DNA of 63,971 bases, counting the filler, from Olpidium bornovanus S191 (Eukaryota > Fungi > Olpidiomycota): the NCBI GenBank assembly GCA_017911155.1. It is 31 parts of 31 records of this genome, joined end to end, with 100 filler letters (N's around TTAATTAATTAA, not from the genome) between each part and the next. Parts side by side here need not be neighbours in the genome. Positions count along the whole stretch, not along the records: positions 10,644 to 14,055 come from JAEFCI010003286.1; positions 14,156 to 15,333 come from JAEFCI010006531.1; positions 15,434 to 19,985 come from JAEFCI010003088.1; positions 20,086 to 21,182 come from JAEFCI010003121.1; positions 21,283 to 24,877 come from JAEFCI010012528.1; 26 more parts are not named here. One strand, 5' to 3'. Both the position numbers and the translations under genes were made by a program. Of the stretch, positions 10,816 through 23,445 are shown piece after piece; position 1 is the first letter of the stretch, and each line of letters opens with the position of its first letter. The notes under the pieces are model-generated. The model was not told the origin of the DNA and searched no databases. It saw nothing but the letters and a program-made list of their open reading frames with translations.

Positions 10816-13800
10816 TTAAGAACACGGCACACTGGAGGCTTTCTCGATCATCTTCTCGATGCAGTACACCCATTCCTGCGCCTCCAGCTTGGACCGGGCC
10901 TGGAACACGACGTTGACTCCGCGGCGGCCGAAGCGGCGGCCGAAGCCCAATGACGCTGCCAGCCGCACGCAGCACCCGGCCCTGCCTTCGCACCGCTTCT
11001 GTTTCCCGCCGATTCCGTTGGTCTTCGCCGGCCTTTGCGACACTTCAGCCGCGAGAAACGCGGGCTCCTTCTTGCGGCCGCTCTTGAAGCGGTTCCATAT
11101 CGAAAGCCACGAACGCGCCGATGAGGAGACAGATGGGACAATACCCGCAGCCGCGCTGCTGATGGAGGACGTGCGTGCCCACAGGACCCGCGGACGCCAA
11201 AGGACGAACCCGCACTCCTCGTTCTCATCGACGGAGATCGTTCCGTCCTCGAATATTCGGGGCAGCTCGCCCGTCTCCCAATCCAGCTCGAAAGCGTATT
11301 GATCGTTTCCCGAGTCCCCGGACTCCGCGGTGTCCGGGTTGCCTAAACCCGTGTACACGTAGCACGCCGATAGGGGAATGATGCCTTGCAGTGTTCGTTC
11401 CGCCCGGGATGTTGGAGAGAAAACCATGAGATGGCGAGACATTAGAACCAAAAATGCCTGGTTAAAGAATCCACGACGTCCCGTCCGGTAGTATAATGGA
11501 CCGGATTTCTACAATAAAACGGGAAGAGAGTGAGAAATATAGTTAATCCTGAAACCCGCGACGTACTGTGTCGATTGCGACGACCGTACCACAATAATGG
11601 GATGACACCCGGCCGCCACGCAAACATTCCAGAGCACCGGGTTCGCGCACCCGCTCGCGGGATTGCTCGCCTCCAGCCAACTGTTGACGTATTCGTCCTC
11701 GTCGTTGGCTCGCACGGTCAAACATTTTAGCAAAGTCTGTTGCCTTTGCGTTAGCTTCCAGTACCGTGAATGCCGGAGAAGGTGGTATACCCAAGCCTCC
11801 GCGGCCCCAAAACAGTAGGCCTAATAAACTTCATGTAAGCGCGGGCAATGTTGCAAGTCGGAACATTGGGTTAAGTTTAACCGTCAAACGCGCTGACTCT
11901 TACCATGAGGTAGATCACCGACCCGTCCTTAGTGGAAACGCTGAATATCGTTTCCTCATCTTTCTCAGTAGTGGAGCTGTGTTCGACTGTTTCGGTCCGT
12001 TCCGCTGGCATTTCTAATCCGAAAAGTTCGCGGATTGTCCCAAGGACAGCTGCGTTCACGATCCACGAAAGATCGATAACGCACTCGGCTTCCAGTACGG
12101 CCAGTTCCAACGCGGCCTTCGAGTGCGCATCACCGAAGTCGCTTAGAAACGTTGGACTCACGGGAGAGACGGGGCGGCAGGCGGCGGAAGTCGTCGGGGA
12201 CAATGTTGGAGAAGACGGGGCAATGGCCTGAACCTGACCCGGAGTAGTTGAGCCGTAGGAAGCCAAGTTGGTGGGGTACCCGCTGGCAGTGTGGCCGGGA
12301 TTGCAAAAATTGGCTTCTGGCCCCGTAACATGCGAAGATGCCGACGACGGTGGACTCATCGGCGGTATCTCGAACTCCGCCGTGGTTCCGATGCGCTCGT
12401 CCAATGCGTTTCCGAATCTTCCATTCTCCGAAAAACCCGGCTTCGGCTGGCCATCGCCGCCGCTTGCATCGAATCCTCCGCGTTCATCGCCATCTTGCGA
12501 TAGGCGCCGTTCTCCCGGTACGCGATCTGACGTTCCTCCAGTCTGCAAATTGTCGTTTAAGTGCCGTTGGCTGGCAGCGTCGAGGGGCCTGTCTATATTG
12601 TGCATCTGTCCGCCATGGAGACTACTGTTCAATGCCATACCAGTCAGGTAGCTCACCATGTTGACTGAAGGCGCGAGGTTCGTCCGCGACGGCCGGGAAT
12701 ACAGAAGAAGGTGGCCCTCAGTGCGAAAAAACTTGCGCTGACCGGTGATGTAACCGAGCCGAGTCGGTGCCCGCAACCGTACGAGGTAACCGCTCACCGG
12801 CGGGGGTTCCTTGACAGTCAGCCCCGTGGAGCTATCCTCAACGTACGTCGGCCGGTGGAGTTTCGAGTGGAGCTCCAGCCTGTGCGTCTGCGAGTGTTTG
12901 CAACGCAACGACGCGGATTAGCAACAAGCTCGGACAACACAGCGATGGCGACGGCGACAACAAAACCTGGCTCTACGCACACGTTCCAGAAATTGCGGGC
13001 CCAGAACTAGGTCCGTCCGTTCCAGCAATTTGTCGCGCTCAGCAAGCTGAGGCGAGCCCCGCTGAGTGAACGCCTCTGGGCTTTCTGCCGGCCGGCACTC
13101 CGACCAGCAATCCGCCCGCCACCAATCACGCAACCGCTCGTTCACCCACTCCAACCGCGCCCGTCGACGCCAACAGACGCCCCAGTTATCCGGACCGCCG
13201 CCATGGTGGATGACCTCTAACCACTCGTGGACGCCCGAAGAGATTAGAATGTTCATTGCCGAGTCACGAACATCCCACACCGTCATCAGCTCGTGCACAA
13301 TCGGGACAGTGATCTGTAGCTCAAGATCCGGAACATATACATTTATCGTGGGCGGGAACGAGCGGGCCTCCGCCGGCGACGGGGAGGGCTCAGTTGCGCG
13401 TCCAAACGCGGGAGAGACTGCGGGTGAAGGAGAAGTCTCCACGGTCCCGGATCCAAGGATGGTTGGCCAGGTAGTGGATGCCGCCCGATCGGCGACCGTG
13501 AGCGAATCAACGGATTCCATTGCGCGACTGGTACTGGTTTGGAAACTGCTTTGGACAGCGGGATGGTGATTAGCCACACCCTTGCCCTTGAGTGGCGAAT
13601 CCATTCCTAGTGATGCTGCAGGAGCAGAAAATGCCGCAGGGTTCACGGTCGACGTATTTGGGCTTTGGGAGAATGTGGCGGCGACGTTGGTGGAACAGGG
13701 CGTCCCTGAATTCCTCAGCCGCCTTCGAAGCAGGCGGTACCACGCAGTGGTAGCACCAGGAGTCTGAGCCCTCATGATGTATACTACATGCGTCCCGGCT

Positions 13801-13973
13801 ACCAAGGACGGCATGCCGAGTGCAATGGTGAAATCCAGCGCCGAGTAGACAGACAGCTGAGTGCATTTACCGAGGGGTACTTCAAAGTCAGGTTTTCCCT
13901 GTGACAGTCCGGCGACATTAATTAGAAGTCGCGTCCAGCTCAGCCGTTCACCGACTAATTGTTGAATGCACAC
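10816..13973 (-). CDS. SPO71: Spo71/Mug56-like tandem PH-domain protein, 5' partial, multi-exon
   Basis: Same-strand ORFs carry family-like motifs in order: AWYRLLRRRL, INVYVPDL, EPPPVSGYLVRL, LSACYVYTGL, LPRIFEDG-S-DE-CGFVLW, VVFQARSKLEAQEWVYCIE. Confidence 0.72.
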
Positions 13974-15049
13974 CTACCAAAGACTTGCCAAAAAACAATC
14001 CTCCGTCTTCCCCGATCCACGAGATGTATTCCCGCCACCCCATACATAACCCATGNNNNNNNNNNNNNNNNNNNNNNNNNNNNNNNNNNNNNNNNNNNNT
14101 TAATTAATTAANNNNNNNNNNNNNNNNNNNNNNNNNNNNNNNNNNNNNNNNNNNNCCCTTTGCGAGAAGAGCCCACCGCCCGTGACTTTCACGTGATTTT
14201 TTGCTCCTCAAAAGAAGTAAACACGCGCCCATCCGCCAGGTCCTCCCCCTCCCCCTCTTTTCCCCACACGCGGGCGCGCGCGCGTGGCGTTCGGTCGAAC
14301 CCACCCTCCTTTCCCCCGCCACGTGGGACCTTCTGGCCCGCAGCACCCCCCCCGCCGCATTTTCCGCAAAACGAGCGAAGGTGTCCCTCCCTTCCTCCCC
14401 ACCTCGGCGGTCGCGCTGGAGGGAGGTGGGTTGGGCGGCCTCGCTTGCCTGAAATTTCTAAGCCCACGCGGGCGCTCTCGTCCTCTGCGGCGCTCGCGCA
14501 CACCGAGTCCGTCAAACGTTGCTTTCCCCCACTAAAAAAAAAAAAAAAAAAAAAGCAACCCGCCGAAAGGGGGGAAAAGGGGGGGGGGTGGTAGAGGGCG
14601 CGATGCTATTCTCCGGTTTCAAAAAAGAACCGGAGAGATTTTGGAACACGGAGGTTTTCCGCCGCTTTTAGCACTCGACGGAGATCCCGAACAGCTCGCC
14701 GAGGCGAATCGATTCTGTTTACCTTCATAGTGCGATGTGTGTTTCTTCCCGTTTTCCAGGGCATCACAGGGTGCAAAGCGTGATTCCGCGCATCAGGAAA
14801 CGTCTTAAATTGGACAACACGGCTGCAGAACTATTTCAAAGCCTCAATACTACCGTTCTTTACTTCTTCCCGAGTCGCAACGGATTGGGCTCTCATCCAA
14901 GTTTTTCGGGCGGGAAGGGGGCTGGCCCCCCTGCACGACGAAAAATCTGACCGAGCGCATTTTTTTTTCACTCACGACGCGAGGACGCCTTGCCCTCGTG
15001 ACAAACTCACCGCGCGCCCGCTGTGCAAGTAGTGTCTTCGGCGGGGCGG

Positions 15050-15102
<53 letters not shown>

Positions 15103-15433
15103 GGGTGGTCGGGAAGAACATAGGGTGCACCAGCAATTTTTGGCCCCACTCCGCCGCACCGCCAAACCGCGACGCGGCCGGCCTGTTCTTTTTTGTCGTT
15201 GGGGGGTTTTTTTTGGCCCACCTCCACCTTCCCCGAACCCCCGCCGTCCTCGTCCTTTCTCCTTCGCCTTCTCCGCTCGCCCGCCCGCAAACCCGGTCTC
15301 GGAGCGTAACCAAATCCCGCCCGCGCGCCATGCNNNNNNNNNNNNNNNNNNNNNNNNNNNNNNNNNNNNNNNNNNNNTTAATTAATTAANNNNNNNNNNN
15401 NNNNNNNNNNNNNNNNNNNNNNNNNNNNNNNNN

Positions 15434-15853
15434 CATGCCCCGCCGGCTGTAACGGCCGACAGTGCTTCTTCCCCCGCCCCCGGCCGCCGCTCCGCTTCGC
15501 CGGAACTCTGGTCCCAAGTGGATCCGCGGCAGGAGAACTCGCCGCTCCGGTGCTTCCGGCATTACTCTTCCCCGCAGCCCGCGTCGAGCCCGAACGGCGG
15601 CTCCTGCGCCGGGCCTCACGCTCTGTCCCAGGTGTCGTCTTTTGGGAGCTTCAATGTCGAGAAGAACATTAAAGACATTGAGGTGCGCCTCTGTTTCTCA
15701 GTGGGCTTCTGCCTGGTGTCCGTGCCGACTTTGCCGATTGTGGCTGTATTTACATCTGTGCATATCCGCCTTTCTTGCACTCTGCCCGGTCAGGCCTTTT
15801 TGGAAACGGACGTCGACTGGAGGCGAGACATCCCCGAAAGCGACCAAGAATGA
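15434..15853 (+). CDS. C-terminal end of a hypothetical protein
   Basis: Intron 15683-15793 joins SFNVEKNIKDIE|AFLETDVDWRRDIPESDQE*, after an S/P-rich segment. Confidence 0.35.
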   Translation, partial: HAPPAVTADSASSPAPGRRSASPELWSQVDPRQENSPLRCFRHYSSPQPASSPNGGSCAGPHALSQVSSFGSFNVEKNIKDIEVRLCFSVGFCLVSVPTLPIVAVFTSVHIRLSCTLPGQAFLETDVDWRRDIPESDQE

Positions 15854-16256
15854 ACTATACCCGATGTCATCGCTTCCGTACATTCATCACCCTGGCATCC
15901 CTTCGTCGGTCACTAGAACCGCGCTGATCTCTGTTTTAAGCCCGCATGCGCCGGGACCTCCTCCTTTTTCCTACCTGTACTTATATACTCGTGACTCCAT
16001 ACACACTCTGCTGTCCTCTCCACTAAACTGAAAATAATAATAATTGATGAAGTCCCATGTGACCGGACTGCGGTGGTGCTCCTCCGCGGAGAACCGTGGG
16101 ACCTCCATCGCTTCGCCGGAGACGGAGAATGCGGCGTCACTGTCCGTGCCGAATCAAGTTCGCGGACAAACTCGGCTTCGAGCAACAGTCCGTGAGCGGC
16201 AGAGCTCCTGGTATCTAACCCAGCCGCCATGCGAGAGGTGCGCAAAGTGCCAAGCG

Positions 16257-18071
16257 TCATAACTCTTCTGCTTCGCTCGACCCAGACTCCGCAGGCTCCT
16301 CGCTACCCGATTCGGTGCCCGAAGTGTCCGCAACGTCGTCGTCCTCGGACGCATCGCCAGAGTCCGCCGCCGCCGCCGCTTGCCCTCCTGTCTCCATCGT
16401 GGCTGCCGTATACCGCCACCGCTGCACGAGGTCCCCCCATCGCAACTGCGCGCGGCAGTCCGGGCAGCGGCCGTACGTGGGGATCAGGTGGCTCACGGCC
16501 GCGACGTACTCGCCCGGTCGGCCGGAGGTGTAAGGAGCCGCCCTGGCGGACCACGCAGGCGTCACGTCTGCAGACTCCCGCTCCAAGAACCGCCGTGCCA
16601 GGCAGCGCGTGTGGCACACCATTGCACAGCCAAGATCCGTACAAGTCACGTATGGCGCTCGCGAATCCTTGGTTGTTTTTTATCGTTTTCCGGTCGGGAA
16701 TGGTGAAAAAGCCAAGGTTGAGACAACAAACGGGGTTCAGCACGTTTCCGCCCATCTGGAAGCCGTGTCGTACCCGCACGTGTACAGGTTCGCAGCACAA
16801 CGAGCACAGGACGGGAGCCCTCCGCTGCAGAGATTGGCGTCGCGCAAAGCTTTTCATCAACAAGTCGCCTGTCGTCCGGCATGTAACAAGGGCGAGAAGC
16901 TGAGCCGAACTGGAGAATTCCGTTTTTGCACCCCGCGCGATCAATGTCGTCGAAATCGGCCGAAAAGAGGGGAAGGAGGGTTCAACTGAGGCACGCACCA
17001 TCTCGGAGGCCGCGGTCCGCGAAGGCGTACGCCATATCAGAAACCCTGCCCTGCGACACGTTCCACCAGCCCGCGAACTCGCCCCGCGCAAAAATTAAAG
17101 GTTGCTCTTTGAGTGTCTTCTCCCAGAGCGCCGGGACATCCGGCGCGGCGAAGCGCACGGAGAGCGGCCAGCGGGAGTGCTTCGGGATCATCAGCAAGTC
17201 GGCCAGCACGGCCAACTTCGTCGCCAGGAGCCACGACTTGCGGGACTTGAGGTACAGGCGCGTGGGGCCGGCAGCCGCCGCCGTCGCCTCCGCTTTGGAC
17301 TTCCGGGACGGGTGCCGCGCCTCCCCGTCGCCGTCGCCGACGGCCGACCCCTCTGAGTGAACTTTTTTCTTCCGCCGGCGCCGCCCCGCAGTTGGCGCCG
17401 AGGGCTCCCCCGCTTCGGGTCCGACCTTAAATTGGCGGGAAAGGTGCGGATTCTGCCAGGCCCACTCGAACTTTGCAGGCCGCGGGGGAAACGGCCACCC
17501 GCGAAGAAAAAAGGAATAAATTCAGCTCTCCCGTCTTGCAGCGCCTGGGGGGGTTTTTTTTTCCGCGGGCGTATGTCCTCCCCGCCGCACGCGCGCGTAC
17601 CTGCAGCGCGGCCAGTCGACTGGGGAACCCGTGGACAACTACGATCATTTCCCTTTGAGAGGGGTGGGGATGCGGCGTACGCGGGCAAATAACCGTGAAC
17701 AGGTGGGACGCTACCGCGACAAAAAAAAAAAAAAAAAACGCAAAAAAGACCCCCTTTCCCCTCCTCTCTCTCCCGCTCTGACGTGGTGAGGGGTTTCGTT
17801 TTGTTGCTTTCGCGCACCAGGGCCTTCCCTTCCTCGTTTTCCACGCGCCTCCGACGACCTCCCCGTTGTGCTGGCGTATCCTGCGCAGCGGGTCGGAGGT
17901 CGTCCCGATGTACACGCTCCCGGCGGTCGCTGCCCTCGTGGACCTGAGCGAGCGCAGCAAGTAGGCGTTGTAAGGCTGCAAATAAGCTTTCCTCCAGCGC
18001 GCGAGGGTCGTCTTGTCGACGCCGGCCGACTCGGAGTGGTGCGGGTCAGGCGGTCGCCTTCTGTCAGCCAT
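16257..18071 (-). CDS. SLX1: Structure-specific endonuclease subunit SLX1 (GIY-YIG plus C-terminal RING/PHD-like zinc finger)
   Basis: Exons 18071-17818, 17652-17601 and 17470-... splice to AYLLRS...[58 protein letters not shown]. The C-terminus has C..C/H..C and GRCPDCRAQLRWGDLV. Confidence 0.95.
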
Positions 18072-18622
18072 TATTTTTTTTTTTTTTGTTTTTCCTGTTC
18101 CTCTGGGAGCGGGCGTTTCGGTTTTGGCTGGCGCTAAACTTCTCAACCACGAAACGCCACCGGAGGAGAGAAACTTTACGTCCAGTTGCAACTCACGTCG
18201 AGGCGGCGACTTTCACGGTCCAATCCCCAAGTTTACCACGGCGAACGGTAAGCAACCAACAAAACAAATAAGTCCCACCGGACGACCTTCTCTCTCTTTT
18301 GAGGAGGAATGTAATGCAACAAAAAAAAATACCACGCAAAAAAATAGAAGTCTTGCCTCGAATTCGATTTTCTTTCCCGGTAAAATAAAAAAATAAAAAA
18401 CGTGCGAGGATTTCCGCGCGAAGGAAAGCGAACAAAAAGGGAAAAGAATAAAAGAACAAAAAAATTCCGATGCTGGCGCAAGAAAATGTTTTGTAAAACT
18501 GGGCGGAAGGAGCAAGGTTGTCGGAAATTGGAGGGTTTGGAAGGGGGGGAGAGGGGTGGGGGAGAAGGTGCAAGGGGCGGGACGGGAGGGAGGGATGTGA
18601 GAGGCGGGGGGGCATGTCCGTT

Positions 18623-19984
18623 TCAAGGGTTGGCGTTTTGTTGTGCCATCGTCGAAAGGACCCGCTCGATGCACCTGTTGATGTACGTCTTGCGCCCGAT
18701 CGCGCCCATGTCGACGCTGAACCTCCTCGAGACCTCGTCGCGAACTCCCTTCTTCGTGATCTTCATCAGGTCTGCGGTCGAAAGGATGTCCCGTACGGCC
18801 TCGCTGATCTCGTCGTCGCTCGGCCCGAGGGACGGGCCGCCGCCGGCCACGACAGAGTAGTTCGACACGCTTCCAGTCCTGGAGAGCGCGCCCGGCGAGA
18901 GCGGCGGCTGGTAATTGCTGTTGTTGTGGTACTGCTGCTGCGCGAAGAAGGAGGCCAGCGGCGAGCCCATCGGGGAATCGAGGCTCGCGTAGCCGGGGTC
19001 TGGCACGGGGCCGCCCGAGTAATAAACGAAATCCGCCAGCGGGTGGTGATAGTTCTCGTGGGTCCCACCGCCGTTCCGGCTGGAACGCCGGCTCGGGGAA
19101 CCGACAACGGAGGCAGGCCGGTCGTCGTCGCCGCCGCCGTAATTGGAACCGCCGGCGACGGACCGCGGCCGACCGCCGCCCGCGCGGGACTGGCGGGAGG
19201 CCCGCGACACCGCCGTTGCCTCGGAATGGAAGGACTCGACCGAGCGGACTTCGGCGTGCTCCTGCTGGTACTCCTCCCAGGTCATCCGGGGAATCGAGGC
19301 CGGGTCGAAGGGCTCCTCGTCGGCCGGGATCTTCTGTTTCTTTCCCTGCTCGCCGATGACGATGCGGGTGTTTCCCCAGGAAAAGTCGTCGAAGTGCCAG
19401 AAGGCGTAGACCGGAAGGAAAAAGCTGTAGACCGGGAGCGCCATCAGGTGTATGATCATCCACGCCAGGTGCTGCCACTGCCGCTTCAGCATGAAGATGA
19501 TCATCTGCAGGCCGTAGACCGCCGCCAGGAGGATCAGGGATATCACCGGTAGTTCCGAATCCGAGAAGGCTAGCTGGTAGACCAGGTAGCCGAGGTAGAC
19601 GAGCGTGGCGGGCATGATCACCGTGGCGAAAAGGTCGATGAAAACGACGAAGCGCATGGAGAAGCAGCAGAACCCGCAGAGCTGCGGCAGGTTCACGAGC
19701 TCCACGAGGTTGTGCACCGTCGAGTTGATCCACCTGCGGCGCTGCGAGAGCAGCGTGTCCCAGGTGTCCGGGGCGATGGTGAGGCACTTGGCGTCAGGCG
19801 TGAACTTCATTTTGTACTTGGGGAAGTGCTTCAGCATTAACGTGGTCAGGTAGCGGTCTTCTCCTAGCGAAAGGAGGTTCTTCTTGTGGAGGGTGTTGAC
19901 GCGGTTCTCCGAGTAGTCCCCAATGATAAAGTTGGAGATTAGCAGAGGGGACCGGATCTTGTTCGGCGCGCGAATGCGGTACAT
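18623..19984 (-). CDS. CHS: Chitin synthase class V/VII C-terminal half with DEK-C domain, 5' partial
   Basis: LGEDRYL and QRRRW catalytic motifs, several transmembrane helices, WHFDDFSWG, and C-terminal PSDDEISEAVRDILSTADLMKITKK (DEK-C). Confidence 0.97.
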   Translation of the reverse strand: MYRIRAPNKIRSPLLISNFIIGDYSENRVNTLHKKNLLSLGEDRYLTTLMLKHFPKYKMKFTPDAKCLTIAPDTWDTLLSQRRRWINSTVHNLVELVNLPQLCGFCCFSMRFVVFIDLFATVIMPATLVYLGYLVYQLAFSDSELPVISLILLAAVYGLQMIIFMLKRQWQHLAWMIIHLMALPVYSFFLPVYAFWHFDDFSWGNTRIVIGEQGKKQKIPADEEPFDPASIPRMTWEEYQQEHAEVRSVESFHSEATAVSRASRQSRAGGGRPRSVAGGSNYGGGDDDRPASVVGSPSRRSSRNGGGTHENYHHPLADFVYYSGGPVPDPGYASLDSPMGSPLASFFAQQQYHNNSNYQPPLSPGALSRTGSVSNYSVVAGGGPSLGPSDDEISEAVRDILSTADLMKITKKGVRDEVSRRFSVDMGAIGRKTYINRCIERVLSTMAQQNANP

Positions 19985-21883
19985 GNNNNNNNNNNNNNNN
20001 NNNNNNNNNNNNNNNNNNNNNNNNNNNNNTTAATTAATTAANNNNNNNNNNNNNNNNNNNNNNNNNNNNNNNNNNNNNNNNNNNNAAAACCGACGCGCAA
20101 AGAAAAAAAAACCTTGCGCTGACGGTTCGGCATCCGGAAGACGACAACGGCGGCGGTGAAAACAAAACCAGCACCGCAGCCGCGATCTCTGCATCGCGAT
20201 CGGGCACCACCCACGCTCCGTGCCTCCTCCGCTGCGGCACCTTCCTCGCCACCCTTTCCTCGTAGTTGGCCTCAGCACGCGGGCGCCGGGCCGTTGGGCG
20301 TTTGCAGACTACGCCCCGACGCGGCTCCCGGCTTGTCGCTCCTTTGACGCGCGCGGCGACCGGGACCGCTGCGGTTTTGTTTAGCTTCACAAGCTTCCCG
20401 GCGAACAGGAAGCTAAAAAAGCTTCCGTAAAAGGCTAGCATATGTTTTACTGTTAACCTCTATATATAAGGTTGATAAACGAGGCGATCACTACCAAAAG
20501 GGACAGAAAAAGCGTTGTCATTATTTTTGCTAATAAAATGCTTTTACGGGGCCCCGCTTGGGGGCGCTGGCTGTATCACGAGACGCGGAACGCTTGATCT
20601 TTTTTTTTAGCTGTGGCGCCGCCAGATTCCTTAGACGCGTCGAGAATTTGCCGTTCTTTCCCGCTACCTACTGCTACTGCATCCACACGCTGCCACTTGC
20701 ATCCGCGCGCACAACTTCCACTGCTAGTGCGGCGCCCGTTGCGCCTGTCGCTGAGCTCCATGGAGGGAATCCTGAACCCACCCCAGAGGATTAGAAATGT
20801 TCGCAGGTGTTTTGGCGCCTGCTGTATTCCCTATTTGCATTATCAGCGTGCCGTCATCGGTTTTTTTTAATGTTTTTTTCTATTTTTATTTCTGGAAAAC
20901 GACTCACGTTACCGCTCAAACATGTTCCACAACGGTGCTCACGCAGAGGAAGGTTTGGGAGAGAAAGAGAGATTCAGAAATCTTGATTTTTGCCGCAGGT
21001 GTCGTCGTCTCATATTTGCCGGACCAAAAACAGCCTGTTTTCGACTAGCCTAAACAATCAATGAGAATCTACGTCTCATCACAATCGTTTTGCGTCATAT
21101 CTTAACGAGAGAGCGCCTAGGCATCTCGCTACTGCCGGCCGTCATCGGCGGTTTGCTCGTCAACCGAACCATCGGATGCATGNNNNNNNNNNNNNNNNNN
21201 NNNNNNNNNNNNNNNNNNNNNNNNNNTTAATTAATTAANNNNNNNNNNNNNNNNNNNNNNNNNNNNNNNNNNNNNNNNNNNNCAAAATTTTTTTGAAATG
21301 ATTTCAGCGTAAGGCCCCGAGTCACGTGATCGCACGCCCTAAAAGCACGCGACCCCTGCGCGCCGGCCTGGGGCTCGGCGCCCGCAGTCGGAGAAACGCA
21401 CAACGGAGACGCACGACGAACGACCAACCCGCTTTTTTTCGCCAAAAACGCTTAACCCGAAGTCGCGGTCGAGCGCCTCCCTCCCGCACACGTTTTCGCG
21501 CGTTTCCTAAATTCGGATCTACAGGTGTTTCCGCCTCTCTGTCTTCCGCGAAAGCCGAGTGCCGGAGCGTGTACAAGCCCAAATAAAAACCCCCAAACGC
21601 CGCTTTCTGCAATAACGGGGCCGATCCGCAGTCCCGTTTTGCGGTAAACGTGGACCGCCGGCGCGGCTGGTATGGCCGCAGGCGGCGCGCCGCCGTCCAG
21701 CCTTCAAGCCGTCAGCCAAGGTTGAGGCGGCGTCGCTCGCGAACCGGTCCGCGCGCAGCGTTGCGCGCCTCGATCCGCAAAGCGGGCGGGAAACCCGGGA
21801 GACCTGCGGACATCGTTGCTGCCGCAAGCGGCTCCCGTTTCGCTGCCCGCGTAGGTGCGCTCAGAGATATAGGGGGCCCGTCG

Positions 21884-23445
21884 ATGACCATGGGCAGCTC
21901 GCCCACGGTATGGTGCCTCGGCGAGGAAAACGGCGGCGTGCGGTTCTCCAGCACGCGGGCAGTGGACAGTTACATGCGCCTCCGAGGGCGAGCGGTGAAG
22001 GCACAAGCCGCAGACCTTCGCGCGGATCCTCCGCTGCACCGTCGTCCGCTGCATCCGCCGGTGAAAGCTATTATCGGTGCGTGGCCTTTTTTGTAAAACT
22101 TTCTGATGTAAAGGCAGATTGAGTAACGACTCAAGCCGGCTGTACCTTGCCCTTCCAGAGGCGGTCATTCCGGATCAGGCCAGCACCGGTGCTGCGGATG
22201 TGCCTGCTCTTTCAGAGCCGGCGACCCCTGCATTGCCCCTGGACGAGACGCACACGTACATCGCTAGCACACGGCTCATCCAGAATACAAAGTTGTGCGG
22301 GACGATGCAGAGAGAGTATGCCATTCGCTTGGAGGAGCGTGATTACGGATATCTGAAGGTGCGGATTCTTTGCGGCAAAGGTTTGCCACGGGAGCTGAGG
22401 AGCCACGAAGCTGATGGAAGTTGCGACCACCGTAACGGCGCGGCAGTCGGGAATTAAAGGTTTTTCGATCAGTGAGGCTCGCTGACGTCGCTTGGTTTTT
22501 TCGCAGCCTTTCGCGCCCGACGGGTCTGATCCTCAAGAAATCCTGGAAGCCGATCTGGTTATCGACTTTCGCACGGCACTGATTTATCACCCAATTTTAG
22601 ACCTTTGCCAGACCCAGAGCCTCTCGACTGGTGGGCGGAGCGGGTTGTCCGCGCTGCTGCGCCTGCTTGTACGGGCCAGCGCACGCTACGAGGTGCTTTG
22701 GGCGGTCCTGGACGCGTCCGCATGCGGGCGCAGGGATACCCTAACGCCGCCCGTGCGAGCCGCCCTCAGCAGGTTGTCCGCCGTCTCCGCGGCTCTTGGC
22801 GAGCGGCTACAGCTGGACGTGCGTGTCGTTGTAGGGTTTTCGATGGACGAGCTGGCAAGATTTGCGAGGCGAGCCGGCGAAACGGCACGCAGGGAAGCGG
22901 AGTCCGCCGCGGCGAAGTTGGGCGCCCGGGGAGGTTGGGGCACGGGCATGCCGTGGAATTCGAGGGACTTTCTTGGTCCAGATGGTTTGGTGCGCCTTTT
23001 TTCGGCCGGTCGTCTAAGCGAGCCCGTTCCCTGTGTTTGACGGGTTTCGCTTCCGATCCGCTGACGCCCTTTTTCGCATCTTTTCGTTTCTCGCCCAGCA
23101 CGAACATTTCCTCTGTTCCCTTGGATTAAGTTCCTTCGCCGCGCAGACTCTCCTCACGCTCTTCCCGCTCCGTGAGCTGCTCTCCCTGGGCCGCTGGCGG
23201 AAAGACAAAAGTGAAGATTCGGACGAGGTAGACAAGCCAAGCAGGGATTCCTTGCTAGGTTGGATTCCCGACAGGGTCCTGGTAAATCTGGAACTTTGAC
23301 CACTTTTTTATTATTTTTTTTTTTCGTTTATAATTTTCGCCGCACCGGCTGACGTTTTTCTCTCCCCTTTCTCAATCAACAGAATCGCCTTCAATCCCTG
23401 ACGCTAACCCCTTTTGGGTTGGCTGGTAGCGGGAATGGGCCGTGA
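21884..23445 (+). CDS. XPF-like protein resembling meiotic SHOC1/Zip2
   Basis: Introns 22359-22506, 22990-23098 and 23282-23382 give TYIASTRLIQ...YAIRLEERDY...ADLVIDFRTALIY...ASARYEVLWAVL...LDVRVVVG...HEHFLCSLGLSSFAAQTLL. This is colinear with the SHOC1 ERCC4-like plus HhH region as recalled. The start is uncertain. Confidence 0.55.

Noticed and set aside
18213-19787. Long alternative-frame and antisense ORFs over chitin synthase (similarly over POL2, 30623-31924)
   Set aside because: An expected by-product of high GC3 codon bias.
20455-20475. TATATATAAG TATA-like box
   Set aside because: No supported gene start could be linked to it.
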